NCBI GenBank assembly: GCA_031288415.1
Contig: JAITRL010000298.1
Location: 7,262-71,261 of the forward strand
From: Deltaproteobacteria bacterium
Lineage (GTDB): Bacteria; Desulfobacterota; Desulfarculia; Adiutricales; Adiutricaceae
Direction: 5' to 3'
DNA: 64,000 nucleotides
In this document: piece after piece, positions 1 to 9,005 of the stretch
How the letters are laid out: every line of letters starts with the position of its first letter
How positions within the stretch are numbered: position 1 is the stretch's first letter
Translations under genes and position numbers: made by a program
Notes under the pieces: generated by a model
Seen by the model: the letters and a program-made list of their open reading frames with translations, nothing else
Told to the model about the DNA's origin: nothing
Databases searched by the model: none

Positions 1-2
1 TA

Positions 3-353
3 AGATACAAGAGGCTCACCTCCAGCCACGGGCTGGCGGTGCTCCAGGTCGCCGACAAAGGCAGGTGGATGGAGGCCAGGGGTCTGATTCTGAGCCAAAG
101 CCTCTCGGTCCGCAAATCCGAGGCCCTGGCCAAGAAGTTCAACCGTGAGGCTAAAAGGGGCACTGGCGGAAAGCCGGATGACATCAAGCTCAGCTCCTAC
201 TACGAGTCCCTGGAAAAGAGCTTCTCCGAAAGCCTGGGAGGCCTTAAAGTGAGGATAAATTACAAAGGCAGCAACAAGAGCATAGAGATAAGGTACGCCG
301 ACAACGAGGAGATCGAAAGAGTCATGGCTAAACTGGGCGTATCGCTGGTTTGA
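3..353 (+). CDS. parB: ParB/Spo0J chromosome-partitioning protein, C-terminal part (5' end lies upstream of the window)
   Basis: The frame is open from nt 3. The translation ...SHGLAVLQVAD...LSVRKSEALAKKF...KGSNKSIEIRYADNEEIERVMAKLGV resembles the ParB linker and its typical C-terminal tail (compare B. subtilis Spo0J ...KGKIEIEFFSNEDLDRILELL). Confidence 0.8.
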   Translation, partial: RYKRLTSSHGLAVLQVADKGRWMEARGLILSQSLSVRKSEALAKKFNREAKRGTGGKPDDIKLSSYYESLEKSFSESLGGLKVRINYKGSNKSIEIRYADNEEIERVMAKLGVSLV

Positions 354-536
354 GTCGCAATAAAGGCAAGGCGCGGCCAATGCTCTCCCCGCCGCTTTGC
401 CGAGCCGCCTGCCGCAGAAGCTTCCTGACCTGACCTCGGCCCGGGCAAGCCCGTCGCCGGAAAAAGGCTGAACCGCCGGCTTGGCCTCCCTGAGCCTTGA
501 CGGCCGGAACGCTTCCCCTGCCCTCCGTGGGAACAG

Positions 537-1610
537 ATGAACGAATACCTCGAATTCCTGTTCGGGATCTACGTGGTGGACTTTACGGCCTACTTCGGAT
601 ATTTCCTGGCTTGCGTGGTCCTGCTTTTCGTGATAATGAGGCTCAACGCCTCCCTCAAGCTCCTGGACGTGCCTAACGACAGGAGTTCGCACAGCAGGCC
701 TACCCCTTCAGGGGGCGGACTGGCCATAGTGATCATTATTCTTGCCGCCAACTGGAAGGTGTTTCTGGAGTGTCCTGAATTTTTGGCGGGCGGCCTCGCC
801 ATAGCAGCCGTGGGACTCGCCGACGACATAAAGAAGCTTCCGGTGATGCCGAGGCTCTTGACTCAGATAGCGTTCGCGGGCCTGCTGGTCCTCCTGCTTC
901 CGGCCAGGGGGCCTATCGTGGGCATCCCTATGTGGATAATTAAGGCAATACTCATACCGGCAGGAGTATGGTTCATAAACGTCTACAACTTCATGGACGG
1001 CATCGACGGGCTGGCGGGAGGCTACGCCAACGCCGCCGCCGCAGGCTTCCTTTTTTGCATCCACAACAACGCCCTTCTGGTGGAAAGCTGGAACATAGAG
1101 GTCTATCGGCAGATATTCTACGTGACGATGGCCTTTCTCATCTTCAACTGGAGCCCCGCCAAAATTTTCATGGGTGACACCGGCAGCACTTTTCTCGGTT
1201 TCGTCTTTTTCTCGCTCGGGGCAAGAAGCCTTATTTTGGGCAACTACGCGATTTACGCCTTCGTCATTATCATGTCGTTCTTCTGGATAGACGCCACGAT
1301 AACGCTGGCCAGAAGGTACAGGGCGGGGGCAAGGATCTTCCAGGCGCACCGGGAGCACGCGTTTCATAAGGCCTCGGCCATCTTCGGACACTGGAAAGTC
1401 ACGTGTTTCATGATAACGGTGACCCTCTTCTGGCTTAACCCGATGGCCAGGCTGGCCGTGACTCACGTGAAACTGGCTCCCTTGCTCACCCTGCTGGCGG
1501 TAATGCCGGTGCTGACGGCGATCGTCATGTTCAATCCCGGCTCGCCATCCCAAGGTTACGTCTCGCGTCTCATGGACCGCCGCCTGAAAAAGGAAGCTCA
1601 TGGCGCCTGA
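537..1610 (+). CDS. Glycosyltransferase family 4 (MraY/WecA/WbpL-like) polyprenyl-phosphate sugar-1-phosphate transferase
   Basis: 357-aa polytopic membrane protein. It carries the LLDVPNDRSSH, NxxNFMDGIDGLAGG and FMGDTGSxFLGF motifs typical of the WecA/MraY superfamily. Confidence 0.85.
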   Translation: MNEYLEFLFGIYVVDFTAYFGYFLACVVLLFVIMRLNASLKLLDVPNDRSSHSRPTPSGGGLAIVIIILAANWKVFLECPEFLAGGLAIAAVGLADDIKKLPVMPRLLTQIAFAGLLVLLLPARGPIVGIPMWIIKAILIPAGVWFINVYNFMDGIDGLAGGYANAAAAGFLFCIHNNALLVESWNIEVYRQIFYVTMAFLIFNWSPAKIFMGDTGSTFLGFVFFSLGARSLILGNYAIYAFVIIMSFFWIDATITLARRYRAGARIFQAHREHAFHKASAIFGHWKVTCFMITVTLFWLNPMARLAVTHVKLAPLLTLLAVMPVLTAIVMFNPGSPSQGYVSRLMDRRLKKEAHGA

Positions 1611-2369
1611 AGCCGTGTCATTTCCGCTTTCGGCGTTCAAACGCCCTGGCCCGGCTCTCGCCATCCCCCTGGCATCAATAAGGGCTGCCAAGGCTTTCGT
1701 CGCTTCCGGCCGCTGTCAAGTCCGCCGGCCGCTGATAAAGGCGGAGGGCATCGTTCATGCCGCTCGTCCTAAAGTCGGAGGCGAACGCGTCAGCTCTCGA
1801 AAAGCCTTTGCAGGCCGCTCTTGATCACGAATGCCGCCCTGAACGGCGGACCGGACCCTGAGGCTTGCCTCGAAATGAAAGCCTCAGGGCGAGGGGGGCG
1901 CCTGAAAAACCGCAGCCGTAACGGATGCGCGCCAGGCAGAAAAGAGAGCAGGCCAAAGGGGCCGGGCCGGAAAGCCGAAATGCCTGTAACCCGGATAAAA
2001 TCCCGGCCAGGGCCTTTAAGGCGAAAGCGCTTATGCCCTGAGCCGGCCTATAGGCCGCCGTTGCCGTCGCCGCCGGTTTTTCGGATGCCTTCGGACTCGT
2101 TTCATTTAAAGGTAATAATAGGCAATAAGGGGGGGATGAAATGTTAAGTCTTAAAAAAAACCAATGATTAAATAGGTTTAGCGAGGAAAATGGTTTGACA
2201 TTTTTTTTACAGCGATAAACAGCCGAACGCGGCCGCGCCGCGGGACGGCTAAAAAAAGGAAACGATTGAACAAACCCTTAACATCCGGAAACGGCCCGAG
2301 AGCTAGGGTCCTGTTCAGGATGTCGAATGCTGTCAAAAAAACCGGCTCAAGACAAGGCTTGCGAAGAAG

Positions 2370-3401
2370 ATGAAAAGCAATTACCCGTTCCTGGCCCTGG
2401 TGGGCCAGGAGAAAATGAAGACCGCGCTGATCCTTGCCGTCATCAACCCGTCTCTGGGAGGCGTGCTTATACGCGGCGAGAAGGGCACGGCCAAGTCTAC
2501 GGCGGTAAGGGCCATGGCCGCGCTTTTGCCCGGCCAGGATGCCGTAGCCGACTGCGTTTACGGCTGCGACCCGCAGACGCCGGAAAAATGGTGCGACCAA
2601 TGCCAAAAGGCCTTTGGAGGGGCTGACTCGCCGGCCGTTCCCGTCAGAAAGCGGCTGAGGCCTCTCGTGGAGCTTCCTATAGGGGCGACCGAGGACAGGC
2701 TTTTGGGAAGCCTCAACCTGGAAAAGGCGATGGCTCAGGGCGAGAGCGTATTCGAGCCGGGCCTGCTTGCCCAGGCTAACCGCGGCATACTCTACGTTGA
2801 CGAGGTTAATCTGCTCGATGATTTTCTGGTGGACGTGCTCTTGGATGCCGCCGCCATGGGCCGCAACTTCGTGGAGAGGGAAGGCATTTCGGTGACTCAT
2901 CCGGCCCTGTTCACCTTGATCGGCACCATGAATCCTGAGGAGGGCGAACTGAGGCCGCAACTCCTGGACCGGTTCGGCCTCTGCGTGGAAGTGAAGGGGC
3001 TCTCTGACCCGAGGCTCAGGCAGGAAGTGATCAGGGAACGGCTCAAATACGAGGAGAATCCGGAAGCCTACGCGGCGGGTTTTGCCGAACGGGAAAAGGA
3101 GCTGGGAATCCGGATCGAGGAGGCGGCATTAAGGCTGGCCTCGGCGGAACTCGGCGATGAAGCCTTGAACCTTGCCGTGGAGATATGCCTGAGGCTCGGG
3201 GTGGACGGCCATCGGGGCGATCTGACGGTAGTCAAGACGGCGATGACTCTCAGCGCCTGGGAGGATAGGCCGCTGGACCGGGGCATGATACTGACTGCGG
3301 CTGAACTGGCCCTGCCGCACAGGATGCGCCGCAAGCCCTTCCAGGATGTGGACTTTGACGTGAGGAAAAGGCTCGAGGATGAGGCGGGCGGCCCGGCCTG
3401 A
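2370..3401 (+). CDS. Mg-chelatase subunit I-like AAA+ ATPase (ChlI/BchI family)
   Basis: N-terminus YPFLALVGQEKMKTALILAVINPSLGGVLIRGEKGTAKST (Walker A), LYVDEVNLL (Walker B) and TLIGTMNPEEGELRPQLLDRF (sensor/arginine-finger region) are all ChlI/BchI hallmarks. Confidence 0.85.
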   Translation: MKSNYPFLALVGQEKMKTALILAVINPSLGGVLIRGEKGTAKSTAVRAMAALLPGQDAVADCVYGCDPQTPEKWCDQCQKAFGGADSPAVPVRKRLRPLVELPIGATEDRLLGSLNLEKAMAQGESVFEPGLLAQANRGILYVDEVNLLDDFLVDVLLDAAAMGRNFVEREGISVTHPALFTLIGTMNPEEGELRPQLLDRFGLCVEVKGLSDPRLRQEVIRERLKYEENPEAYAAGFAEREKELGIRIEEAALRLASAELGDEALNLAVEICLRLGVDGHRGDLTVVKTAMTLSAWEDRPLDRGMILTAAELALPHRMRRKPFQDVDFDVRKRLEDEAGGPA

Positions 3402-3461
3402 TTAAGGAGTAAGAGGGGCTTGCGCCAAAATGCAGGTTGCGCCGGGCAGGCAGAGCGGCCT

Positions 3462-3489
3462 GCGGCCGCGCGTTTTCACGCGCGGCCGC
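3462..3489 (+). terminator. Perfect 11-bp GC hairpin 60 nt after the ChlI-like stop (possible terminator, no U-tract)
   Basis: GCGGCCGCGCG-ttttca-CGCGCGGCCGC read directly from the sequence. The following sequence, tgaagttta, is only weakly T-rich. Confidence 0.3.
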
Positions 3490-3974
3490 TGAAGTTTAAG
3501 CGGGGCCTGGAGGCCTGTTCCTGGCCGGCGGGGTTACGGACGGCCGGAGCTGCGCCTTTAAGCTGTCGCGCCGATTTCACCCAAGCATCGCAACCGGCGG
3601 CCTTGCCGCCGGCTCTCCCGCGGATGAAAGTCCCTCCGGCGGCCCGGGAAAACCGGCCGAAAACCCGGCGAAAAAGCCGCTTGAGCCGGGACTTCCATAT
3701 AAGAGCCTACTGGATAATACTTTTTGAGATAAATCTTAGAAAAGGCTATGTATACTTGCTATTTGCAATTTCTCATGATTATCCGCCGTGGTAGTGACAA
3801 GGGATAGAAAAGGCGAAGATCAATGAAACAGCGGGGAGATGGGGAGGCAAGCGGTCAGGAGGGGGGTTGACGGATACAAATTTTTCCTGAATTTCAGGTT
3901 CAAGTCCTCAAGAGACGCCCGTGCTCCGGCAAACCTCCGAAGCATGACCCCGTTGAAACAAGGAACGCCATCCT

Positions 3975-4879
3975 TTTCCAGCCGGAAGAGCCTCCGCCCA
4001 ATGGCCTAAAGTCATGAGACGAAAAGGCGTTGTCCGAGGCTTTGAAAATATCCGATGGCCAGGCGCGCAGCGATTTGACGGCCGAGTGAATATGCCTCCG
4101 GAAAAGCGGAGCTGGCGCGTAAGCAAGGATCCCGATTTTGCCGGAAAGGCTGCCGACCTAGCGTGATATATGTGAATCTGCCCAAAGATGCCGTTGTCCT
4201 GAGCCTGAACGATAAGCCGGGCATCCAGCCCTTGAGCGTTCCACTGGATATGTGCTGACGGCCTGCGGGAAAACCGTTCCAGGGTACGGGAGCACGTACG
4301 TTCGTCACGGCACCCTTAACCTGTTCGCGGCATTGGACGTGTAAACGGATCCGTGCCGGCTTTTTTGACCGAGAGGATGTGAAGCATGGAATTCCTCGGG
4401 TTCATGGACAAAATAGTCCTTCAGTACCCTATAATCAAGCCGTTCACGTGGTCATGGACAACTGCCGCATACGCAAGAAATGCGACGCAAGGCTTGCCGC
4501 CCATCCCAACGCACGCTTTCATTATACCCCTGCTTCTGCAGGCTGGCTTTACGACGCGGTTGAGATTTCGTTTGGCGTAATGTCCAGAATGGCATTTAGA
4601 GGAGGCGGCTTCAAAAGCCGGTAGGAGCCGGAAGAGACGATCAAGGACCTTCTGCGTGGCAGGCAATTTTGATCAACATGCAAAAAGTCCCTCTTTCGAT
4701 TTTGAAGGCGAACTAGCTACTACATAAGTCGTTCTTTAAAGCGCAATCTCAACTTATACAGTGTGCTGCAATAGCCGGCAACGGTGGACTGGACTTTTTG
4801 CACTTTCATCAATTTTGACGCCAAGGCCTTTGGCTGGCGCAAGCGGGAAGGGAAGGCGGCCAGCTCAATGACGCCGTGA
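3975..4879 (+). mobile_element. IS630-family transposase remnant (several stops and frameshifts, interrupted near the 3' end)
   Basis: Piecewise translation gives:
- WPKVMRRKGVV...SWRVSKDPDFAGKAADL
- VIYVNLPKDAVVLSLNDKPGIQPL
- VHVVMDNCRIRKKCDARLAAHPNARFHYTPASAGW...GGGFKS
- after a ~150-bp insertion, DAKAFGWRK

This follows the IS630 order (DPxF...DEKxxIQAL...DNxxxHK...HPRxxxHFTPxxASWLNxVE...RGxF...PFxW) but spans three frames with stops. Confidence 0.7.
4664..4817. repeat. MITE-like ~154-bp element with 27-bp imperfect terminal inverted repeats, nested in the IS630 remnant
   Basis: The left arm caattttgatcaacatgcaaaaagtcc (4664-4690) matches the reverse complement of the right arm ggactttttgcactttcatcaattttg (4791-4817) at 22/27 positions. 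The element splits the IS630 C-terminal coding remnant. Confidence 0.4.
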
Positions 4880-4946
4880 AGAACTTATGCGATTGAGCGG
4901 ATGGTCGGCGGAGTTCCGAGAGAGGCTAACGAGTACACATATTATT

Positions 4947-6542
4947 TTAACAGCCAAATATGTTTATAATTTTTTCGTTAAATAATTGCGTTTTATTGTA
5001 AAATTTATTATTCAATGGCTTTTTTCCATCTTTGTCGAAAATCACCAGCCACCCCTCCTTTTCCCCCGCCGTATCCAGATACCCTGAAAGCTGAGCGAGG
5101 CTGTCTTCAAGCGGCTCGGCGCCTTGAAGCTTAACCTCCACCAGGTATTCCCTCCCGTTATAGAGGGCGCACAAATCAACGGCTCCGCGGCCTTCAGCGT
5201 ACTCATGATATATTGCGGCCCCGCTGTTAAGGGCCCTTTGCAGAAAAGAAAACAGTATAATCACGTGATTAGCTTCATCGTACTGTATAACTTCCAGCAA
5301 AGACAATCGTTTCGCTCTGGCATCCATTCTTTTCCGCCAAAATGCCTGAAATTCCGTCAGTAATTCGCTCATTAACAGTTTTTTTCCGTCTGTCCAGATT
5401 TTCAACGGCTTTTTCGGCATGAATCTATCAATCTGATCTGTTAGGGTTCTTATAATGACTTCTTTATAGATTGGATTTGCAGGCCTGAGCAGTTTTTCTT
5501 CAGTCAGCGCCAAAATCCCCAAGTCTCGGCAGTAACGGCTGTCATCGCTGTCCGGCGGGACTTCGGCCAGTGTCCCGGTCAGAACGCTCTCCATGATATT
5601 CTTCACTCTGGTCTCTTCCAGGCGCTCCAGCAAAGAGTCGATGTGCGTGTCCCTCCGCCTGACGAGCAGTTCAGCAGCCTGATCGACATGATCGCCTGTG
5701 ACTGTCACGCGGAAGTCGTTCCTCAACTCGTCCGCTATGACGGTATCCGCCAGCGCGTTCACCAGCCAAGGCTGCCCTTCGGACCAATGCCAGGCTTTGG
5801 CTATGGCCGCGTCCTCAAAAACCTGTCCCGTGGCCTCCGTGTGCTGGCGGTACAGGGCACGAATCTCCGCCTCCGTGAAATTGGCCAGTGTCAAAGCCTT
5901 CTTTTTAATGTTGAAAGGGCTGGCCAGTCCTCTGGATTGCCCGTCTGGCCGCACCTGCCTCAAATAATCCCTGACGTCGCGCATGCCGGCCAGCGCGACG
6001 GATCTGGGAAATTTATGGCCCGGTTTGTGCCGGGCGTTATACCCGTCGCGAATTTGAGCTAAAAACGGTATGAGCGGGTTATCATGAAGGCAGTCAGCTT
6101 CATCAAAAAAAACCACTAAATCTTTATCAAGATTCTCGCACAAGCTGTTAAGTAAAATGTTAATCTTTGTGGTTATGGTTTGTCCCGGCAAAGAATCAAA
6201 AGCATAAGCTAATTTTTTTATGGACGGCACCGGCGACTGGCTTATGGCGCGATTCAGCAAAGACGCGATTTCATTTATCGCTTTTTCGCTGTCTGACATA
6301 TTTCTTACGCCGTCTATGGAGAAGCTTAACGCGTACATGTCTCCTGAATTATTGATTTTCTCCGTCAAGAAATCCAAAAAAGTGGTCTTTCCTGACTGCC
6401 TTGGCGCATGAAGGATAAAATAAAATTTTCCCTCAATCATGTCATTCACGTCAGGCAACCGAGGCAGGGCCGGGAGCATATAGTGTTCTTCCGGCACGCA
6501 AGGACCTATGGTATTGAACCGTTTGCAAGGGGCAACGCTCAT
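4947..6542 (-). CDS. AAA-ATPase-like protein with a C-terminal PD-(D/E)XK nuclease-like domain (AAA_35/PDDEXK_9-type architecture)
   Basis: - N-terminus FNTIGPCVPEEHYML..., Walker A HAPRQSGKTT and Walker B VVFFDEAD.
- The C-terminal RGAVDLCALYNGREYLVEVKL looks like a PD-(D/E)XK core.
- GC content is clearly lower than in the neighbours.
- The ORF track starts at 6608. Met23 (6542) fits the family N-terminus better. Confidence 0.75.
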   Translation of the reverse strand: MSVAPCKRFNTIGPCVPEEHYMLPALPRLPDVNDMIEGKFYFILHAPRQSGKTTFLDFLTEKINNSGDMYALSFSIDGVRNMSDSEKAINEIASLLNRAISQSPVPSIKKLAYAFDSLPGQTITTKINILLNSLCENLDKDLVVFFDEADCLHDNPLIPFLAQIRDGYNARHKPGHKFPRSVALAGMRDVRDYLRQVRPDGQSRGLASPFNIKKKALTLANFTEAEIRALYRQHTEATGQVFEDAAIAKAWHWSEGQPWLVNALADTVIADELRNDFRVTVTGDHVDQAAELLVRRRDTHIDSLLERLEETRVKNIMESVLTGTLAEVPPDSDDSRYCRDLGILALTEEKLLRPANPIYKEVIIRTLTDQIDRFMPKKPLKIWTDGKKLLMSELLTEFQAFWRKRMDARAKRLSLLEVIQYDEANHVIILFSFLQRALNSGAAIYHEYAEGRGAVDLCALYNGREYLVEVKLQGAEPLEDSLAQLSGYLDTAGEKEGWLVIFDKDGKKPLNNKFYNKTQLFNEKIINIFGC

Positions 6543-6997
6543 GTTCGTCTCAATGCCGGTCAGTAAATCCCTGGAGAAGCGGGACTGAAGGTTCCTTGGC
6601 CAGGCCATCCGCGGGTTTTGCCGTCTTGGCCTGGCGCGCGCCGCATGAGAATTCTACCCAATACCGGCGCGCAAGGCAAACTGTCAACTGAGCTAAAAAC
6701 GCTTGACGATCCTCAAGGCCGAAACCGAACCAGAGGCGGCAACGGCCCCCTTGGCGCGACCCTGGCCGCGCCCGCCTTCTTCCGGCTCCCGCGGCCCCTC
6801 AGGCGGCCCTTGCGCCTCGAGGGCATAAGCACGAAAGCGAGTTGCCGGCCGCAGCCTGATCCTGCGGCCTGGCCCTGAGGCCGACATTCCCGAAGCCTTC
6901 CGGCAGCCTCCGCGCGGCAGGGCCTCCCGGGCGCCCGTCTCAGTCATACGGCACTGCGGGCGCAGGAGGGCCGCCGGCAAGGCTCACCCGCCGCCCC

Positions 6998-8557
6998 TCA
7001 CTTCCCGATGTCCAAAAGATAGTCCACCGGCTGGATGTTCAGAAGGGAGGGGTGGATTGAGCTGATGATCTTCCTCTTGAAGCCCCCGGTCGAGACGTTC
7101 ACCTCGGCGAGCTCGATCGTGTCGCCCCCCACGAAGATCCCGCTCGCGGGCTCCATCTCGATGAGGCGCGCCTGGGGCAGAGCCTGGACCGACTGAGGAG
7201 TGTAGCGGGAGATGGCCACCTCGTGGGTGTCCAGGATGAGCACGCTGCCGGGGGGCCAGGGGCCCAAGAGGCTCACGAAGACCTTGATGACCACGGGGTC
7301 CAGCTGCCTTCCCGCCTGCCCCAGGAGCTTGGCCAGGGCCTCGTGCGGCGAGAAGGGCTCGGGCCGCCAGGGCCGGGGGGAGGTGAGGGCCACGTACTGG
7401 TCGGCCACGGCGATCATCCTGCCGAAAAGGCTCAACGGAACGCGGGCGTCGCCCACCTTGGGGTAGCCGGAACGATCGACTCCCATGTGGTGCTCGCCGG
7501 CGGGCCCCAGAATCAGGTGCTTGAGGGTGTGGCTCGCGTTGAGGCGGATGATGTTCATCACGCTGGCCAGCGCGTGGTCCTGGATCTTGGCCTCGGCATC
7601 CCCGCCCTTGATGCGCTGGGAACTCTTAAGAATGTCCTCCACCTCGCCTACCTTGCCCAGGTCATGGAAGAGCCCGCAGAGGCCCAGGTGCTCCAGCACC
7701 CCCCGGGAGAACCCCAGGCGCTGGCCCATGCCCAGGACCAGCAGCGTGACGTTCACCGAGTGGGTGTAAAGCTGATCCTCGGCGTCGCGTACGGTGCTGA
7801 GGCTCAGAAACACCGCCTCATCCTCCATGAGCAGATCGATCAGCTCCTGGACGGCCCTTTTGGACTTCTGGATGCCGGCGGCCTTCCCCGCGCTCATGCG
7901 CCTGACCAGGCCCCGCAGGGCCGTGAGGGCCTGGGAGTAGGTCAGCCGGGCGAAGTAGGCCTTGTTGGAGTTGGGGGCCGCCCGCAGGATCCCGGTTTTC
8001 CCCATGCCCCCCGGTTCCTCGCCGCCGCCGCCCCCCTCGTCTACCTGGAGTCCCTTGTCCTCGTCCACGGTGAAGGACACCCAGGGGTAATCCTTGGTGG
8101 CGTTCTCCTCGAGCCAGCCAGCAGGGTTCTCGGCCCTGGTCGCCCGGTTGAAGAGATCCATGAAGCCCACGATCTCTTCATCGGAAAGCTTTTCCCTGTG
8201 CTTGAACGTGAGCCCGTTGAGGCCCCTCTGAGTGAAGTACTCCGTCATCTTGGCGGAGGTGGCCCACATGCTGGGCGTGTAGACGATGCGTTCGTCGTTG
8301 AGGTAAAAGCGGCCCCTGTACAGGTCGAAGGACACTGCGGGGTTGTCGATCCACAGCTCGGTCAGGAGATCCCGAAAGCTCGTGACGTTGTCCGCAAACA
8401 GCTTGTTGTTGGCCTGGTGGATCTTCACCACCTGGAGAAGCCTGAACATGCAGTGCAGCAGAAGCTCCCCCTGGGAGGGGCCTTTCTTGGCTTGCTTGCC
8501 CTGGTCCGTATGGCCCGATTCCCTGTACGCCTGACTTTGCTCCTGAAGCTCCTGCAT
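6998..8557 (-). CDS. HD-GYP domain protein (putative cyclic-di-GMP phosphodiesterase) with a long N-terminal domain
   Basis: HSVNVTLL...GLFHDLGK...HH...SGYP...IAVADQYVALTSPRPW matches the HD...HDxGK...HHE...GYP...D layout of HD-GYP domains. Confidence 0.85.
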   Translation of the reverse strand: MQELQEQSQAYRESGHTDQGKQAKKGPSQGELLLHCMFRLLQVVKIHQANNKLFADNVTSFRDLLTELWIDNPAVSFDLYRGRFYLNDERIVYTPSMWATSAKMTEYFTQRGLNGLTFKHREKLSDEEIVGFMDLFNRATRAENPAGWLEENATKDYPWVSFTVDEDKGLQVDEGGGGGEEPGGMGKTGILRAAPNSNKAYFARLTYSQALTALRGLVRRMSAGKAAGIQKSKRAVQELIDLLMEDEAVFLSLSTVRDAEDQLYTHSVNVTLLVLGMGQRLGFSRGVLEHLGLCGLFHDLGKVGEVEDILKSSQRIKGGDAEAKIQDHALASVMNIIRLNASHTLKHLILGPAGEHHMGVDRSGYPKVGDARVPLSLFGRMIAVADQYVALTSPRPWRPEPFSPHEALAKLLGQAGRQLDPVVIKVFVSLLGPWPPGSVLILDTHEVAISRYTPQSVQALPQARLIEMEPASGIFVGGDTIELAEVNVSTGGFKRKIISSIHPSLLNIQPVDYLLDIGK

Positions 8558-9005
8558 TTTCCTCCGGCCTCCTGGCCGCCCTCAGGCCTGTCGCCGCTCC
8601 CGCGGCGTATCCGGCCTGTCCGCCATGTCCTGTTGCCGAGGCAGGCCGCGCCGCCTTGGCCTCGCCCGGACCTGCGGCTTGAAATTCCGCTCCCCGATCC
8701 AGCAGTCCGCCGCCCTTTCCCTGCCTCGCCTGACTCTACGGCCATCGTCAGCCTGGAACCGCAGGCTCCGGAGCATCCCTGCTCAGTCTCAGCGCCCTCC
8801 CCGGCAAGACCTGCGGCCCATCCTCATCCTGGCTCGCAACGCCTTCCTGGAGTTCCGGCCCTGCCAAGCCTTCCAGGGGCTACCGCCCTGTCAAGCCTTC
8901 CTGGGGCTCCGCCCTGTCTAACTTTCCGGGGAATCCAGCCCTGTCTGGTCCGCCAGGCGCCGCGGCGGGTCTCGGCGGGTCTCCGACGTCCAGCGGCTCG
9001 CCGGC

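Noticed and set aside
1390-1412. CACGTG-containing sequence (AGTCACGTGTTTCATG) considered as a parS site near parB.
   Set aside because: It is not the TGTTTCACGTGAAACA palindrome. The half-sites are in the wrong arrangement and it lies inside the GT4 coding sequence.
2195-2220. TTGACA in the AT-rich patch upstream of the ChlI-like gene, considered as a promoter. The leader was also checked for a cobalamin riboswitch.
   Set aside because: No acceptable -10 hexamer lies 16-19 nt away (GATAAA and ATAAAC are 13-14 nt away). No B12-box-like sequence was seen in the 150-nt leader.
3600-3660. GATGAAAGTCCCTCCGG, resembling the RNase P RNA GAGGAAAGUCCGGGC motif.
   Set aside because: The flanking sequence lacks the other universally conserved RNase P blocks (for example the GGGTGCCAGGTAACGCCTGGG-like P10-P12 region), and the context does not fold accordingly by eye.
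6610-6700. tRNA-like string on the minus strand (GCGTTTTTAGCTCAGTTGACAG...) next to the low-GC islet. It could have been a tRNA or att-site fragment.
   Set aside because: Only the TAGCTCAGTTG D-loop-like motif is present. There is no closing D-stem, no anticodon arm, no GGTTCGAATCC-type T-arm and no acceptor pairing. It is more simply read as a weak TTGACA promoter-like sequence upstream of the AAA-ATPase gene.
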